Shown here piece after piece: positions 21,699 to 35,261 of a DNA stretch of 64,000 nucleotides; position 1 is the first letter of the stretch, and each line of letters opens with the position of its first letter. The stretch comes from Oikopleura dioica. Taxonomy: Eukaryota; Animalia; Chordata. Made by a program: the position numbers and the translations under genes. Below the pieces are notes generated by a model. It was not told where the DNA came from. It was given only the letters and a program-made list of their open reading frames with translations, and ran no database searches. Location: assembly GCA_907165135.1 (NCBI GenBank), contig OU015568.1:16317208-16381207 (forward strand), in the 5' to 3' direction.

Positions 21699-24600
21699 TT
21701 ACTTCGATACCCACTGATCGGCCGCCGAGGTGTCAAGATAGACGAAATTTCGCACAGTGTCAGATCCGGAAGCATCGTAGAAGTTGTCAGAAACGAAGAA
21801 ATCGAAATTTCCGGTCGACGGAGCAGATGCCACTGGGTAGCTATCCGTAAATAACGATTCGTTGTCAACAACAATTTGGGTATACATAAGGCCCGAAGCC
21901 TGATTAATGAATTGTTCGGCAACGATGGTGTACCATTGGCCCGGCGTGCATGGCTTGTCAACGTATGAGTGATGGTGAGCGCCGTTAGGATTGTTGACGC
22001 CGATGTAGAATTTGCTTTCATTGGGGTAGTGGAATATGATGAATTGCCGATCGCCAACTGCGCCTCTGTTTTCGGATGTAGACGTAACTCGGAGAATATT
22101 CTGCCATTCAGTTGTCGAAGATGAAGAGCAAAGAACATCGGCGACAATTTGATAGGATTGAGAAACAGTAACAGATTTCAAGAGATTGTTTCGGCTTGGA
22201 TTGACCCCGCAGCCATCAATTATGTTCGTACAGATAACTGGATCCCCTATAGATGGATCCAAACATCTGTCGACGGCGCATTGAGCAACTTCTGGTAATC
22301 GTTGGTAGACGAAGTTCTTGACTGTGAATGCGGTTCCGGCAACGTACCAGTCGTCAGCCACGAAGGCTTTAAGCTCTTGGCCTGCACCGAAGGCCTGAGC
22401 GTAAGCGTAAATCTTCGAGGAAATTTCAACTCCGTCATGAGTGACAGTGAACTGAACATTTTCTGGATCACCAGCAACTTGATGGACGTCGACGGCGATG
22501 TTGAACCACTGGCCATCAGTGCAGGTGAAATCTGTGTGGTGCTCGCCGTCTGAATCAGTCGGATCATTGACACCGATCCACATTTTTTGCTCGTCTGGGT
22601 ATCGGAAGAGGGCGAAGGTTCGATCACCAAGGCTGGTATCGTCCTCTCCTTTAGTAACGTGGAAGATATTTATCCATTCTCCGACAGGCATGCTGTGATC
22701 GCAGTATACGTCTGCAGAGAATTGGTAGTTGATGGAAGAGGTGAGGGTGGCGGCTTGGACATTTCTGACCGGGACGGCGGCGCAGGCGTCGACGATGACA
22801 TCGCAGTTGTCAAGTCCGGCACAAGGATCTTCAGAAACGCACGGATCTTCCGTGGTTGTTGTCGTAGTCGTTGTTGTGGTTGTAGTTGTAGTGGTTGTTG
22901 TTGTAGTTGTGACATCTTCGAATCGTTGATAGACGAAATTTTTGACAAAATACGTGGACGCTGCAGGATACCAATCGTCGGAGACGTATGCTTCAAGATT
23001 GCCAGCGAATGCTGAGCTGAACGGGTACGAACCAGATCCAAGAGATTCTCCGTTCTTAGTTACGGTATATTCAACAAGTTCTAGATCAGCAGCATTTTGG
23101 TTGGCTTCGACAGCGATGTTGAACCATTCTCCATCAGTGCAAGTGAAAGTCATGGCATGTCCGAAATCTGAGTCATTTGGATCGTTGACTTCAATCCACA
23201 GTCTGTCATCGCTAGCATATCGGAAAAGAGCGAAGGTTCGATCGCCGAGGGTGGTATCGTCGGTTCCTTGGGTAACGTGGAAAATGTTCAACCAGTCGCC
23301 GGTTGGCATGCTGTTGTGAGCACAGTAAACATCAGCGGAGAAGCGGTAGTTGACGGCGGAATTGAGAGCTCGGAGTTGAGTGTTTCTGACGGGTTCTACT
23401 GGGCAGGCACCAACGATTGCCTCGCAGCTGTCAAGGCCAGCGCAGGAATCTTCGGAGTGACATGGGTCTTGGGTGGTTGTCGTCGTTGTTGTAGTGGTGG
23501 TCGTGGTTGTTGTGGTTGTGGTCGTTGTTGTTGTGGTTGTGGTCGTTGTTGTCGTGGTTGTTGTTGCGTCTGCAAATCGCTGGTAAACGAAATTTTTGAC
23601 AAAATACGTGGACGCTGCAGGATACCAATCGTCGGAGACGTATGCTTCAAGATTGCCAACGAATGCTGAGCTGAACGGGTACGAACCAGATCCAAGAGAT
23701 TCTCCGTTCTTAGTTACGGAATATTCAACAAGTTCTAGATCAGCAGCATTTTGGTTGGCTTCGACAGCGATGTTGAACCATTCACCGTCAGTGCAAGTGA
23801 AAGTAATAGCATGCCCGAAATCAGTATCTTGTGGATCGTTGACTTCAATCCAGAGTCTGTCATCGTTAGCGTATCGGAAAAGAGCGAAGGTTCGATCACC
23901 AAGGGTGGTATCGTCAGTTCCTTGGGTAACGTGGAAAATATTCAACCAGTCGCCGTTCGGCATGCTGTTGTGGGCACAGTAAACATCAGCGGAGAATCGG
24001 TAGTTGACGGCAGAATTGAGAGCTCGGAGCTGAGTGTTTCTGGTGGGTTCTACGGCACAGGCACCAACGATTTCCTCACAGCCATCAAGGCCAGCGCAGG
24101 AGTCTTCGGAGTGACATGGGTCTTGGGTGGTTGTCGTCGTTGTTGTAGTGGTGGTCGTGGTTGTTGTTGTAGTGGTGGTTGTCGATGTGGTGGTAGTTGT
24201 TGTTGTTGCGTCGGCAAATCGTTGGTAGACGAAATTTCTGACCACATAGGCTGAACCAGCGGGGTACCAGTCGTCAGAAACGTAGGCAAGAAGATTGCCA
24301 TCAAAAGCTTGGCTTGTGGCGTATGAGTTTGTGGCGATTTCAGCACCGTTATGAGTGACAGAGTACTGAACAGTATCAAGGTCTCCTTCGACTTGTCGTT
24401 GTTCGACAGCAATATTGAACCATTCACCGTCGGTGCAGCTGAAAGTTGTGGCATCCTCGAAATCAGTGTCAGTTGGGTCGTTGACACCGATCCACATTCT
24501 GTTGTCGTTTGCGTATCGGAAGAGAGCGAAGGTTCGGTCACCAAGGCTGGTATCGTCAGTTCCTTTAGTGACGTGGAAGATGTTCAGCCACTCACCAAAT

Positions 24601-25418
24601 GGCATACTGTGGTCGCAGTAAACGTCAGCAGAGAAGCGGAAGTTGACGGCGGAGTTGAGAGCTTGGAGTTGGGTGTTTCTGATCGGGGTGGTCGCGCATC
24701 CGCCAACGATCACCTGGCAGCCGTCAAGCCCAGCGCATGAGTCTACGGAAAGACATGGGTCTTCAGTGGTTGTTGTCGTCGTTGTTGAAGATGTGGTAGT
24801 TGTTGTCTTCCCGACGCAGGAGCTCTCCCAATCTTCTTTATTCCAAAATGGCGGTCGGAACTCGCCGTCGACGCAACGCACTCGGCCGTTAAAAGTTCCA
24901 TCTTCGCAGAAGACATCGTAACTGGCTCGCTTTTTGTTGATCAGCCTGGCAAACGTGAGCGATCCGTCCTGGATGCTTGTGGCGGCAGCTGCGGCGTCGC
25001 AAGGATGAGCTGGTTTTGGTGAGCATCTCAAGGTGGTTCCAGCGGGAAGATTTCTTGAGTAGAGGGTTAGAACGATCTTTTTTGTGTAGACTTACTTTCT
25101 AGCGATCGTAGCTGGATCTCCACATCGAGCCATAAATCGGACGCCGTCCTTTTTTGGCTTCGAGATTGATTTCTCGGTCCATTCCGGGTCCATTCCCTGA
25201 TTACAGATCGGATGGCATCTGACCTTGGATCTCAATTTGCCGTAACCTGGGCAAAGCCACGATCCATTCTCTACGGGAAACAGATCCTGTGTCTCGTCGA
25301 TTTTGGCATCGCAGAGAACTCGTCGAGCTTCTCTCTCGTCCTGAGTCAGCTGGTTGTACTGCTGAAAGTAGCCTCCTTGGACAACTCCGACGGCTGGAAG
25401 GTATTGGATGAGCTTCAT
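21699..25418 (-). CDS. Secreted ~1225-aa modular protein: Cys-rich N-terminus, five ~190-aa ConA/LamG-like modules with poly-Thr linkers; oikosin (house protein) candidate
   Basis: Exon 1 (25418-25096, MKLIQYLPAVGVVQG..) joins the 1110-aa ORF through a 42-nt GT-AG intron (25054-25095). Repeat unit ..WLNIFHVT.GTDDT.LGDRTFALFRY..CTDGEWFNIAVE..YVSDDWYPA; Thr runs of up to about 30 residues. Confidence 0.85.
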
Positions 25419-25904
25419 TCTCTTAAGTTGCTAGATAAAAGTTTGAGACTTTATCTAGCTGTTCTTTTCGAAGAAAGCTTGATTTTACGAGTTACGACGA
25501 AGTTTATATAGGATCTCTACATGCATTTTTTTCGTGAAACCGTGTGGTGGCGAGCGCGCGCTGTTTTCTTGAAAATAATCCGCTCGATTTCAGAATCGCA
25601 CAAAAGAAACCCCAAGAGAAAAATCGAAAATAATCCCCCTTTTTTCATTGATATTTTATGATACATTGGAAATAAAAAAAATACATTTTATAAATATTTT
25701 TTAAAAATATATATAATGAAATCTTTCAAAAAATATATTATGCCTATATTTATAATATAAATGTTATATAATATTTTTATATAATATAAATTTTAGGAAG
25801 TATGCACATTATTTAAAATACATGATATTCAAGGCATGTAATCCAGGTTTCACATTGTAGTTGAGAGTCATAGGTTCAATGCTTTAACATAATGAGTTAA
25901 GGGC

Positions 25905-26245
25905 CTGGCCTCGGAATTCTGACCTGTCTAAAAACCTTAAACAGGTCCTGTTTTCTGTTTTTTGGACCCTGTCCTGTTTCCTGTCTTGCATTTCGAGACC
26001 AAAATAAACCTGTAAAAAGGCCTGTTAACAGGAAATACAGGAAATACAGGAAAACACGCCTGTTTACAGGAACAGCCCTAGAAAGTAAAAATTAAAACGC
26101 TGAAATTGGAGTTTACATGCCTGTAAAGCCTGTGAAACCTGTAGAACAGGACCTGTATCCTGTGTTTTTATCCTGTCCTGTTTCCTGCTTTGCAAATGGG
26201 CCAAAAATGAAATCCCTGTTCCTGTTTACAGGATTCCGAGGCCAG
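25905..26245. mobile_element. MITE family C (CCTGT/ACAGG-rich) with CTGGCCTCGGAAT termini
   Basis: CTGGCCTCGGAATT ... GATTCCGAGGCCAG inverted termini; interior built from many CCTGT/ACAGG words. Confidence 0.75.
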
Positions 26246-27286
26246 AAATTACAGTAGACAAGGAAAGAGGGCCCAGTTTTTTATCGGTTCAAAAGAAAGC
26301 CACTTTCAAGAGCTTTTGAATGAGTCTACTTAAATTAAAAATTCATCAGTAAGTAACCTTATTTTTTTACGCCGTAGACTGCACTGGCCTAGATTAACTA
26401 CAGCACTAAAGACTCGGACAAAAGTCTGAACCCTTAGCCCGTTTATTTATGCTGCGGATGCCTTTTTTAAAGAAAGAATACGCCAAGTACTTGAAATCGC
26501 TTGTCGCGCCGTTTATTTACGAAACTCATTAAAACTATGGAATGATGTTTTTCGTGCAATCGACAATTGGTTTCAGCGAGAGTTAACCTTGAGCTGATGC
26601 AATTCGTTTTCGACATAGATTCAATTATTGAAAATATGATTCAGCATTCCGAATAAGAAACTTCGACTTCTCCACTTTTACCACTTTCAAAGAAGTACAT
26701 TCTAAGGTACTCAAGGAGACTTTGAATTGACAAAAGTCGGTAGAGTTGGCAACTGACTATGGCCCATAGAGCACGGGCCTAATAGATATTAAATAATCGT
26801 TCAAATTCGACTTACCCCTTAACAAATTTCGTTAACTTTGACAAGAAATTTTGTCTAATTTTTTTTTGATATTCAAATTTGTGCCGCCGATAGACCTCAG
26901 ATAAAGGAAGATTTATGTTTCCAAAGTAAAATTAGGGTGTTAATTTTTGCAGAAATTTCCGTTTGAAAATCACGATTCTTGATATCTACTTCCTAAGTCT
27001 TAGGACCTAAGATGACGTTTCTAGCGTTTGCTTTATTTTGCTAAATCACAAGGTGATCTTTTACTTTAAAAATTTTTAGACAGCAGCGTGGCTGCTACTC
27101 TCGCTGAAACAGCTCCCCACAATAATTTATCTAACAACAGAGTGCCCGCAAACGTGGCGTCGTAACCACTTTGTTACGAGACGTTCTCATGCATAGCACT
27201 CTGGTACTCTGGTAGATTTTGGAATTTTATTCCGAAAACGGCCAAAATTTTTCTCAAAATAAAAAATCACTTTAATTTTTACCTCA

Positions 27287-27354
27287 ATTATATTATATTA
27301 TATTATATTATATTATATTATATTATATTATATTATATTATATTATATTATATT
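27287..27354. repeat. (ATTAT)n pentanucleotide microsatellite, about 13 units
   Basis: Read directly from the sequence. Confidence 0.95.
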
Positions 27355-27712
27355 AATATTTCAACATGAATTCGAATAGAAGTTTTATTAAGAGAAGCAG
27401 ATCTAAATAGCAACTGTTGAAGAATGTGTCAACTTTGAGTTTTTGTAACTGAGTTTTAAATAATTCTTTAAAATCTGAACTTTGACGGCGAAGGTTGTTT
27501 GATTCCGGGAAGGATTCAAAAATAATAAATATAAAGCGAAGAAGTCTTATTGAACGGAAAATTGGCCCTCTCAGCGCAACGCTGTTTTTCAATCTTTGGC
27601 GCCTTGGAGAGTTTTTTCTTTTTTGAAGTTTCTGTTGAATTTTGAGGTAGCTTTGGCACTCGGCAACAGTTAGTTTTCTTAGCTGGGCAACAAGGCTCGG
27701 CTGCGATGAGGC

Positions 27713-30700
27713 TCATTTCGGTGATGGAGATGGTGGAGGACTGGAAGGCTTCGTTTCACTTTGAGTTGGATTCTGATTTGGTTGCTGGTTATCCTCGTAG
27801 CCCGAGTCATCGGCGAATCGCGAGAGGCGACTGTCCATCGTGAAGACGCCCTGCCGCCGCGGAGAGCCCAGAAAAGCGTCGGATTCAGAGACTGCCGGGG
27901 AGTCTTCGTTGTCTTCTTCCGCGATACCGCCCATTGTCTGGAAAACTGACATTGGGCGCGATTCTTCTAGCGAAGTCTGCCCCTGTATCGACAACTAAGA
28001 GGCGTTTAGAGATAGAGCTAGGAAGAAAGGTCACCTTTTTAGCAGCACCCATGCCGGAATAAGTCGTTTTATCATGATTATCAGTGCCGTTGATCATGTT
28101 TTGAATCTTCGACTTGGCTTTTCGCATCGTGGAAGTTCCACCGATATTTGTCGGTCTCGTACTCAGAAGAGATTCACTGGGGACATCTAAACGGAACTTC
28201 GTTCAATCTTTATACCAGGGTGAGATCTTACATGTCTGCTCAGTCGATCTTCTCTGAGGAACAGAAAAGCTTTGACCCCGGCTAGTTCCGAATATTGATG
28301 ACCTACGACGTCCTTGAGGCCACCAGGTTCCTCCAGACTAAACACAGGATAAATATTTCAATAGTTGTAACTATCAATCGCTCAAACAAGCGACAGTTTT
28401 GCTTGTTGCTGAAAAATTGACGAACCTGTGAATTAGAAAGAGTAGATCTTCTCCGAATCGCATCGTCGCGGACGTCCTTTCCCAGTTTCCAGGCGGCATA
28501 TGATTTTTCCAATTCGTCCTGTCATTTTTTAAATGTTAAATCAGCTTATGTCAGATTCTATCCGATGATTACCTGGACCTCCGCGTTGCAAAAGCAATAA
28601 ATGATGGCAACGAAGAGTCCCTGGAGTGAACTCATAATCGTATTGATGTAATTGCATACTGTATGAAGTGTCGTTTTGTCTTCAGTGGCCAAATACCTGA
28701 GGAAATCATTGTATAATTGCACTCAGTCTCAGTGGCTGAACTTACTTAACGAACATGGTCAAGGAGTAATGAATGCCAAGAAGAGGAATAAGAGCCAAAT
28801 TAGCTCGCAAAAGTCGATAACGAAAGTCTGATTTTCTAAAGAAAAAAATGTCAATGAAGAAAATCAAGGAAGAGAATTCTCTTACCTCAGCGTTGCCCGA
28901 AGCTTGGAGCCGACAATAGTAACAACTGAGACGAAAATGAAGACGTTGATAAGAACTGTGACCATAATTGGTATTTCCAAGATGAGCATGTTTGTGTAGT
29001 CTTTTTCAGTGACACGGCCATTTTCGTCATCGATCCAACATGGCTTGTCGCTCCTTGTGATTAGACTGACAATAATCTGAACCAACAGATGATGCTTAAT
29101 CGACAGAGAGGCTTATCTTATTACCCAAATAAGGATCGGCAGAAGTGGCAATGCCCATCCAAACAATAAATAGTACTTCATATTGCTCATCGCTCTCACG
29201 GAGGACCGTTGAAGTAGCATTTTTAGGTAAAAGCCTTCCACGAGAAACCAAAAATAATTACATAGCTGGAAGTACATAAATAGGGCTTCATAAGTTCTGC
29301 AGACGAAAGCGCTCTTAAAAGATAAATGTGTTCAATTTCATGGAATTATTCTTCAATAAAAAATTGATGCATAAACGATGAACATCTCATGATTACTGCT
29401 GCGGGGTACCCTGTGTAGAAAACCTGAGTCAGGGTCTGAAAATCTTAAATAAAAAGCCGCGGCGCGGCTTCGCGAAATCATTTTTCCGACCATTCTGGAG
29501 GAGCGGCTTTTCATTTGAGATTTTCAGACCCTGACTCAGGTTTTCTCCTCAGGTTGCCGATCGTAGCTATCACTTACAGATGTTTCTGGATCACGGGCCT
29601 CGCAAAATGTCGTATGAGCATCTTTGAGAGCTGGATAATCCGACACGCCGCTTTTCTTATTCAGCAGATCTTTCACCAGATGTTCGAATGCAATTTTGTG
29701 GATTTCCTTCGGATCCGTCGAGTTGGATAGGTTGTTGTCTTGAAAGTACTGCATGACGATTGGGTCGGGCTGAAGAGCTGGCGAATGTGACAGGGAATCG
29801 TCTGCGTCTAAAAGGGCAATTTTATTTTTTGGGGATTAACATTCAATTTTGAAAATGACGTCAATGAAAAACCAAGAATAAAAAGCTTATTGCGGCCTTG
29901 GTAAAGAGTTATTGACAATAACCTTTATATTACCAAGGTAGCAAAATCAGCGTGGGCAGAGACAATATCCCGCCGTTTTATTGTCCCAGTCTACAGATCG
30001 TTGTCTGATAAAATAGACTTACTTCCATATACGGAGCCGTGGAACAACCAGAGCAGCGCGCGCATCATGAATGAAATAAGCAAATTTATGTGGATGTAAA
30101 TGCGCGTGCATCGCAGCCGTCTCAGCATGAGCATCAATATCGAGCCCAGCGTTGTGGCAATTAATGACACCGCATAGCCCGACACCATGATCATTTTGGC
30201 CATCCGCAAGTGCTGGAGCGAGTTGATGATTTGCGCGTTTCCATCAGTCGTTCCATTCACGGACGAAATCGACGAGTTGACATTTTCGACCCCGGCAGCG
30301 GCGCACAACGGATCGCAGTTACAGTGCGGCGGCAGGGAGTCACAGTAATCCTGCTCGAAATTGTTGACATGTTCTTTGCAGATCGTTCTGTCCAAATTGG
30401 TCCAACTGACGGCCAACTTGTACGGATGGATATCGCAGTCGATCGTAGTCCAAGCAGTTTCGTTGAATCCAGGGTGCCCGAAATCAGTAAACGTATGCGC
30501 AGGCCATTTGTCCGGCTCCTTCTGGTAGAAATTATGCCATGGACAGCGAACTTTTGCCGACTCGCCATAAAGATGTCCTGGAACGCACCAGTCGAAAACG
30601 GAAATAGTTGGACATCCAGGGTTTGTTTCGCTTATTGTTTCGGAGAGGACGTTTGCTGGGTTTTTGGGGTTGAGGCATTTGATCGCGTTTTCAAGCGCAT

Positions 30701-31264
30701 AGCAAGGTGTTTTAAGTATATTTTCGGCAATTGCAATCTGAATGAATTTCGGTTAGGGTTAGGGTTGTTCAATTTCATTGAATTATTCTTCAATCAAAAA
30801 TTGATGCATAAAAAGCACTCGGGCTCGAAAATTTTGTAAATTTTGATACTAACACTCGATAATTATTAAAATTTTAAGGACCCCCCCCCGTCAGCTTTTT
30901 TCGAAAAATGAAATTTCGGTTTTTTAAAATTTTGACCCCGGAAATGGATTCTACGGGTCAAAAAACGATTTTGAGGCTCCACTTTTTGGGGGTCTATCTC
31001 GACTCTTTCACCCTCAAAATCGCAATTGAAAATTGGTCTTTTAGCCGAAAATTGACGAGTTTGCCCTAATTTTGGGGGGGGTCCTTAAATGTTCAATCAT
31101 AAATTTGCATTTTATCAATAATTATTGAGAAAACTCGACCAATGAGAGAATCTATGGTAATTGGGGAGACATAAAAATTCAGTCGCCCTTTTACATTTTT
31201 AAAAGCTCAATTCAGAATTGTCAATTGTTACCTGTACTAGAAGAATGGCAATTAGCAAGCCCAT
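27713..31264 (-). CDS. Class B1 (secretin/PTH/calcitonin-family) G protein-coupled receptor
   Basis: Signal-like exon MGLLIAILLVQ; divergent hormone-binding domain (CPT..FDWCVPG..VRCPW); TM1 GYAVSL, RRLRCTRIYIHINLLISF, CNYFWFLVEG, GWALP, LALIPLLGIHY and SSLQGLFVAIIYCFCNAEVQ. Confidence 0.92.
29408..29560. mobile_element. MITE family A copy in a GPCR intron
   Basis: CCCTGTGTAGAAAACCTGAGTCAGGGTCTGAAA ... TTTCAGACCCTGACTCAGGTTTTCTCCTCAGGTTGCCGA. Confidence 0.8.
30878..31084. mobile_element. TTAA-flanked MITE (GG...CC termini, Kolobok-like), family D
   Basis: TTAA|GGACCCCCC ... GGGGGGGTCC|TTAA; a related reversed copy lies at about 46470-46665. Confidence 0.75.
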
Positions 31265-32459
31265 TTGCTCTGTTTTTCATATTCTCTTTGTTGAGCTCGC
31301 CAGTGTGAATGTGTATTTTTCGTAAATTCGGTTTTCCTCTCTCTCTCTTTTCTGTTTTTCGGTCTTTTTTTTATTATTGTCTGGCGCGTTTCTTCCTGCG
31401 GCGGGTTATTCTCTCGTTCTGAAGACTGTCAAATTAGTCGGGTATCAATTTTAAACTGCAGCGGCCGTGTGCCCAAATTGAATACGCATCAAAGCTATCC
31501 TCCTAAAGCGTGCCCAGTTCGGGCAACTATTCCCCAGGTACAAAGGGATCGGGCCCTACAAGTGTAAATCCAGCCTGAGCCCTAACCTGTCACACGACAA
31601 AAGCCAATCTGGCAAACTACTACTATCCACTCAGAAAATTAATTGTTTCATAATCGCCCCCGCGGACAATACAGTCAGCTTCCTCTTTCTTTCCAGGTGC
31701 AAATTTACCAACTCGAATTTCCCATTCATTCAAAAATGAAGTATAAAGGGCTAGGGTTAGGGTTTATCAAAAAAAATCTAACTCTCTAATTTTAAAAAGG
31801 GGAACGATTGTAGCTCAGTGCCTTAATTTCCTCCTAAAAATTAAGGGTATACCTCAAACAAAAACACAAAAAAGGCTTGCTCCTAGCAACCTTACCTTTA
31901 ACGGCCTGTATATCCTTAAATTTGATATCGAGAGATCATCATAAGGGGAATGGTTCTAGACAAGGTTTTGATCTTAAAGCTCCCATTGAAATTAAGGGTG
32001 TATCTACGATAGTTTCGGAGAAAAACTTGCTCCTAACACTAACTTTGATTTTGAGTTAAATATTTCGGGCGTAACTCAATTCTTCGATAAAGAAGAAAGT
32101 AAAAGGTCAACTATCACCTCTACATCCTCTCTTCTGTCAATAAAACCCGCCTTCCTCTTCGAAAAAATCTGTTTATGATTATCAGCGCTGCCAGTCAAAC
32201 AAAATGTTTCTCTTACCAGAGTTCTCAAGTTCTGAAACGCTAAGTCTGACTACTGCTAGTTAGAAAAGATAGCGCTCTAGCTATAAAATAGCGAGGGTCT
32301 TCCGTGACAAATTCCTTCCCTAAGCCTCTTTCATGTGCCCCCCTTTCTTTCGAAAATCAATTAGTAAACGCAATTATCCTCCTCTGGTATTATCCCTAAC
32401 CCAAGTAGGTAGAATGGGGTAGTTCTTTTGGAGAATAAAAAGTTTGAACTCTTTCTAAC

Positions 32460-32685
32460 TCGGCTCAGCCTGAGTAAAAACTCTGAGTCAGGCTCTGAAA
32501 AAGCAAAAATGAAAAGCCGCGTAGCGGCTTTTATAAATAAATATAAGTGTACCCATTTTAATCGATATTGAACTTCTGGCGAAGCCGCTTTGCGGCTTCG
32601 TTTTTAAGAAAGCCGCTACGCGGCTTTTCATTTTTGCTTTTTCGGAGCCTGACTCAGAGTTTTTACTCAGGCTGCCGAGCCCAGA
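32460..32685. mobile_element. MITE family A copy
   Basis: Inverted arms with CTGAGTCAGG/CCTGACTCAG boxes and AAAAGCCGCGTAGCGGCTTT internal palindromes. Confidence 0.8.
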
Positions 32686-33436
32686 TCTCAAATGTACAGT
32701 CTCGAATTAAAAATAATTTGATCCTGAAAGAATCTCCAGACATTCAAGGCCACTAAAATGAAGGGACAGTCGGTCGAAAATAGACAGTAGAAAATCTTTG
32801 AAAAGCAGTTTCTCGCTTCTTTTTTTCAAGAGTTTGTGAAATGTCTAGCCAAAATGAAAATCAAGCTAAATTGAAAGTTTGGCGGTTTTCTTTGAAAAGA
32901 GCGAAATCAAAAGAAAATTAGCGAATAGTGGCGAGAAAGAACAGTGTAATTAAATCGCGCGAGTCTATTCTTTTGGGAAATCTGTGTGTGATAATTTTAC
33001 CACTTTTCTTGTTCAGGCGAGGAAACGGTACATAAATATTGATCCTCCTAAAGCTTCTGCTCAAGTGAGTTTGGAGCCTAACTGATCTGATCAGAATTTG
33101 AACTTTGCAATTTGAAGCCGAATGTACCATTTCTCCTGGCATATGGCTACCTGTCCAAGTAATTATTATTAATACTTGTGCTTTATATTCTCATAGTCTG
33201 AGAACAAGAGTTATCCTCTTTAATAATTAAGGTATAAAAGGGTAGATTTTCGGAGATTTTCACGCGCTGACCAAGATTAGCTTCCTTTTTTCTTATAAAA
33301 ATTCTTGGAAATCCTCAGTTTCTCAGATCAACTGAAGAAAAAAAAACACCTAATTTGTTGAGAAAAATTATTGTTTTTAAAGCTTTTAATAAAAAATCCC
33401 AAATTTGATGCCACTTTTGAATCTGAAAGGGGCCAG

Positions 33437-33640
33437 CTGGTCTCGGCAACCTGTGTAAAAAACCTGAGTCAGGGTTTGGAAGATCTCTACTGAAAAGCCG
33501 CGAAGCGGCTATTTTTTAACGAAGCCTCAAAAATTGCAAAGGAAATTTTGCAAAGCCGCTTTGCGGCTCCGTCAAAAAAAAAGCCGCTACGCGGCTTTTC
33601 AGTAGAGATCTTTCAAACCCTGACTCAGGTTTTTTACACT
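33437..33640. mobile_element. MITE family A copy
   Basis: CTGGTCTCGGCAACCTGTGTAAAAAACCTGAGTCAGGG ... CCCTGACTCAGGTTTTTTACAC. Confidence 0.8.
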
Positions 33641-34559
33641 AACCCTAACGAGCTAAAGGGTCAGAATGAAGAAAGAGGCAGAAAGTATGCAGTATTTTTT
33701 CTCTGACAACCGAAAGAATTGAATTCAATTAGCAAATTCTCCAAAGGAAATGCCGGAGATTACCTTGGAAGTGAGCGATCAGGGATCGCCCTTGCCCTTC
33801 GCGTTATTTTTCTCTCACTCTCTTTCTGACGTATCAAAAAATCAATAATTCAGAGTTAATTTGTCGTACCTTCTATATACGAGTTTCTAAATGAGCTCAG
33901 TATAATCGTTTTTGGTCTCTCTTTTTTTGTTCCTCGAGCGGCAAATTTCACACTTTCAGGCTCCGGCTCCTGTTATAATGACAAAAACAGTTGGGCACAA
34001 TGCCTTCAGCCAAGGCAATTCTTTATTGAACACAATACAGCGCGAAATCACAAGCAGTAAATCATTTATCCGATCATTCTTTCGAAGCTTTTTTTTTTAT
34101 AAATTATTTTTCTCAAAATCACCAATAGCAGTACCTGTCGATTTTGATTGTTTCTCTCTTTTCGAGTAAAAAAAAAGAATGCTAATGCGCCGCTTTCAAA
34201 GCGTTTTTACAGTGCTCCGAGAGCATCTCCTAAGACGGGCTGTATTCTGAGTTTCCACAATAGGCCTGGGATAAGCGCGAAATTAATTTTTCAATAAGGG
34301 TGATCCGATATTAATGAAAACAACGTGTACCTCGAATCCGTCTTACATGCAGAATACAATTTTTCGTTACAAATCCGTCTCCTTTTATAAATCATTTAGT
34401 CTAGGCTTTTTGATCGGAAAAGGATGACGTTAATTCCTAGGACTGTGGTTATATAGACGGTTATTCAGACGTAGACTCTTTCTGATCTAGGTCAAAAATA
34501 TTCACTGATTTTGCAAAGAAAAAAATATTTTCAATTTGTTGAATTTTTTCCAAAAATCT

Positions 34560-34760
34560 CTGGGCTCGGCAACCTGTGGAGAAAACCTGAGTCAGGTTCT
34601 AAAAAGCATTACTACATTATTGTAACGAATGCGCCATTTCAATCAATTTAGCAGTTCAGTGGAAGCCGCTTCGCGGCTTTGTTTAAAATAAAAGCCGCTA
34701 CGCGGCTTTTCAGTTATACTTTTCAGAACCTGACTCAGGCTTCTACAGAGGTTGCTGAGC
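34560..34760. mobile_element. MITE family A copy
   Basis: CTGGGCTCGGCAACCTGTGGAGAAAACCTGAGTCAGG ... CCTGACTCAGGCTTCTACAGAGGTTGCTGAGC. Confidence 0.8.
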
Positions 34761-35261
34761 GCAGATATATGCAAACAGACTTACTTTTCGCCCTATCTTT
34801 TTGGTTGCAAAAGTTTCTTCATTTTACTAGTGAATCGCGTTCGATCCTCTTTTTAGTAAAATCTGCAACTTGAAAATCTCTATTGTTAATTTTGGCGTTT
34901 TTTCTTTCCTTGTAAGTAGACGGGTTAGAATGCAATCAAGGTGCCATTCAGAGCGAGCCTGGGGTCGGCTGGCCCCACTCCCCTGGGGCTATCCATTCTC
35001 ACCTTGCCGCAGATTTTTCATTACTTTGCTTTAATGAGGTCCTTTGCATGCGTATTTGCCAGGTTTGTATATTAAACAATCGCATGATTTATAAACAACA
35101 ACTCGCTTCATAAATCCCTTCTCGTTGATTGAGCCCAAGTCGTGTCAAAATGAAAATAAGGGATGAACAGACACTGACGTAAAAAAGTCGTCACTTTTTG
35201 ACAGAAGCTCCCTTGATCGATTGACTGATAAAATTGAAAAAAGCAAAAGTCAGATTCTTAA

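Noticed and set aside
22247-24921. Many overlapping Val/Cys/Gln-rich ORFs in other frames
   Set aside because: By-products of the poly-Thr (ACN) repeats of the 1110-aa ORF.
26250-27250. Possible transposase remnant or RNA gene in this intergenic stretch
   Set aside because: No sustained ORF or recognisable RNA motif on either strand.
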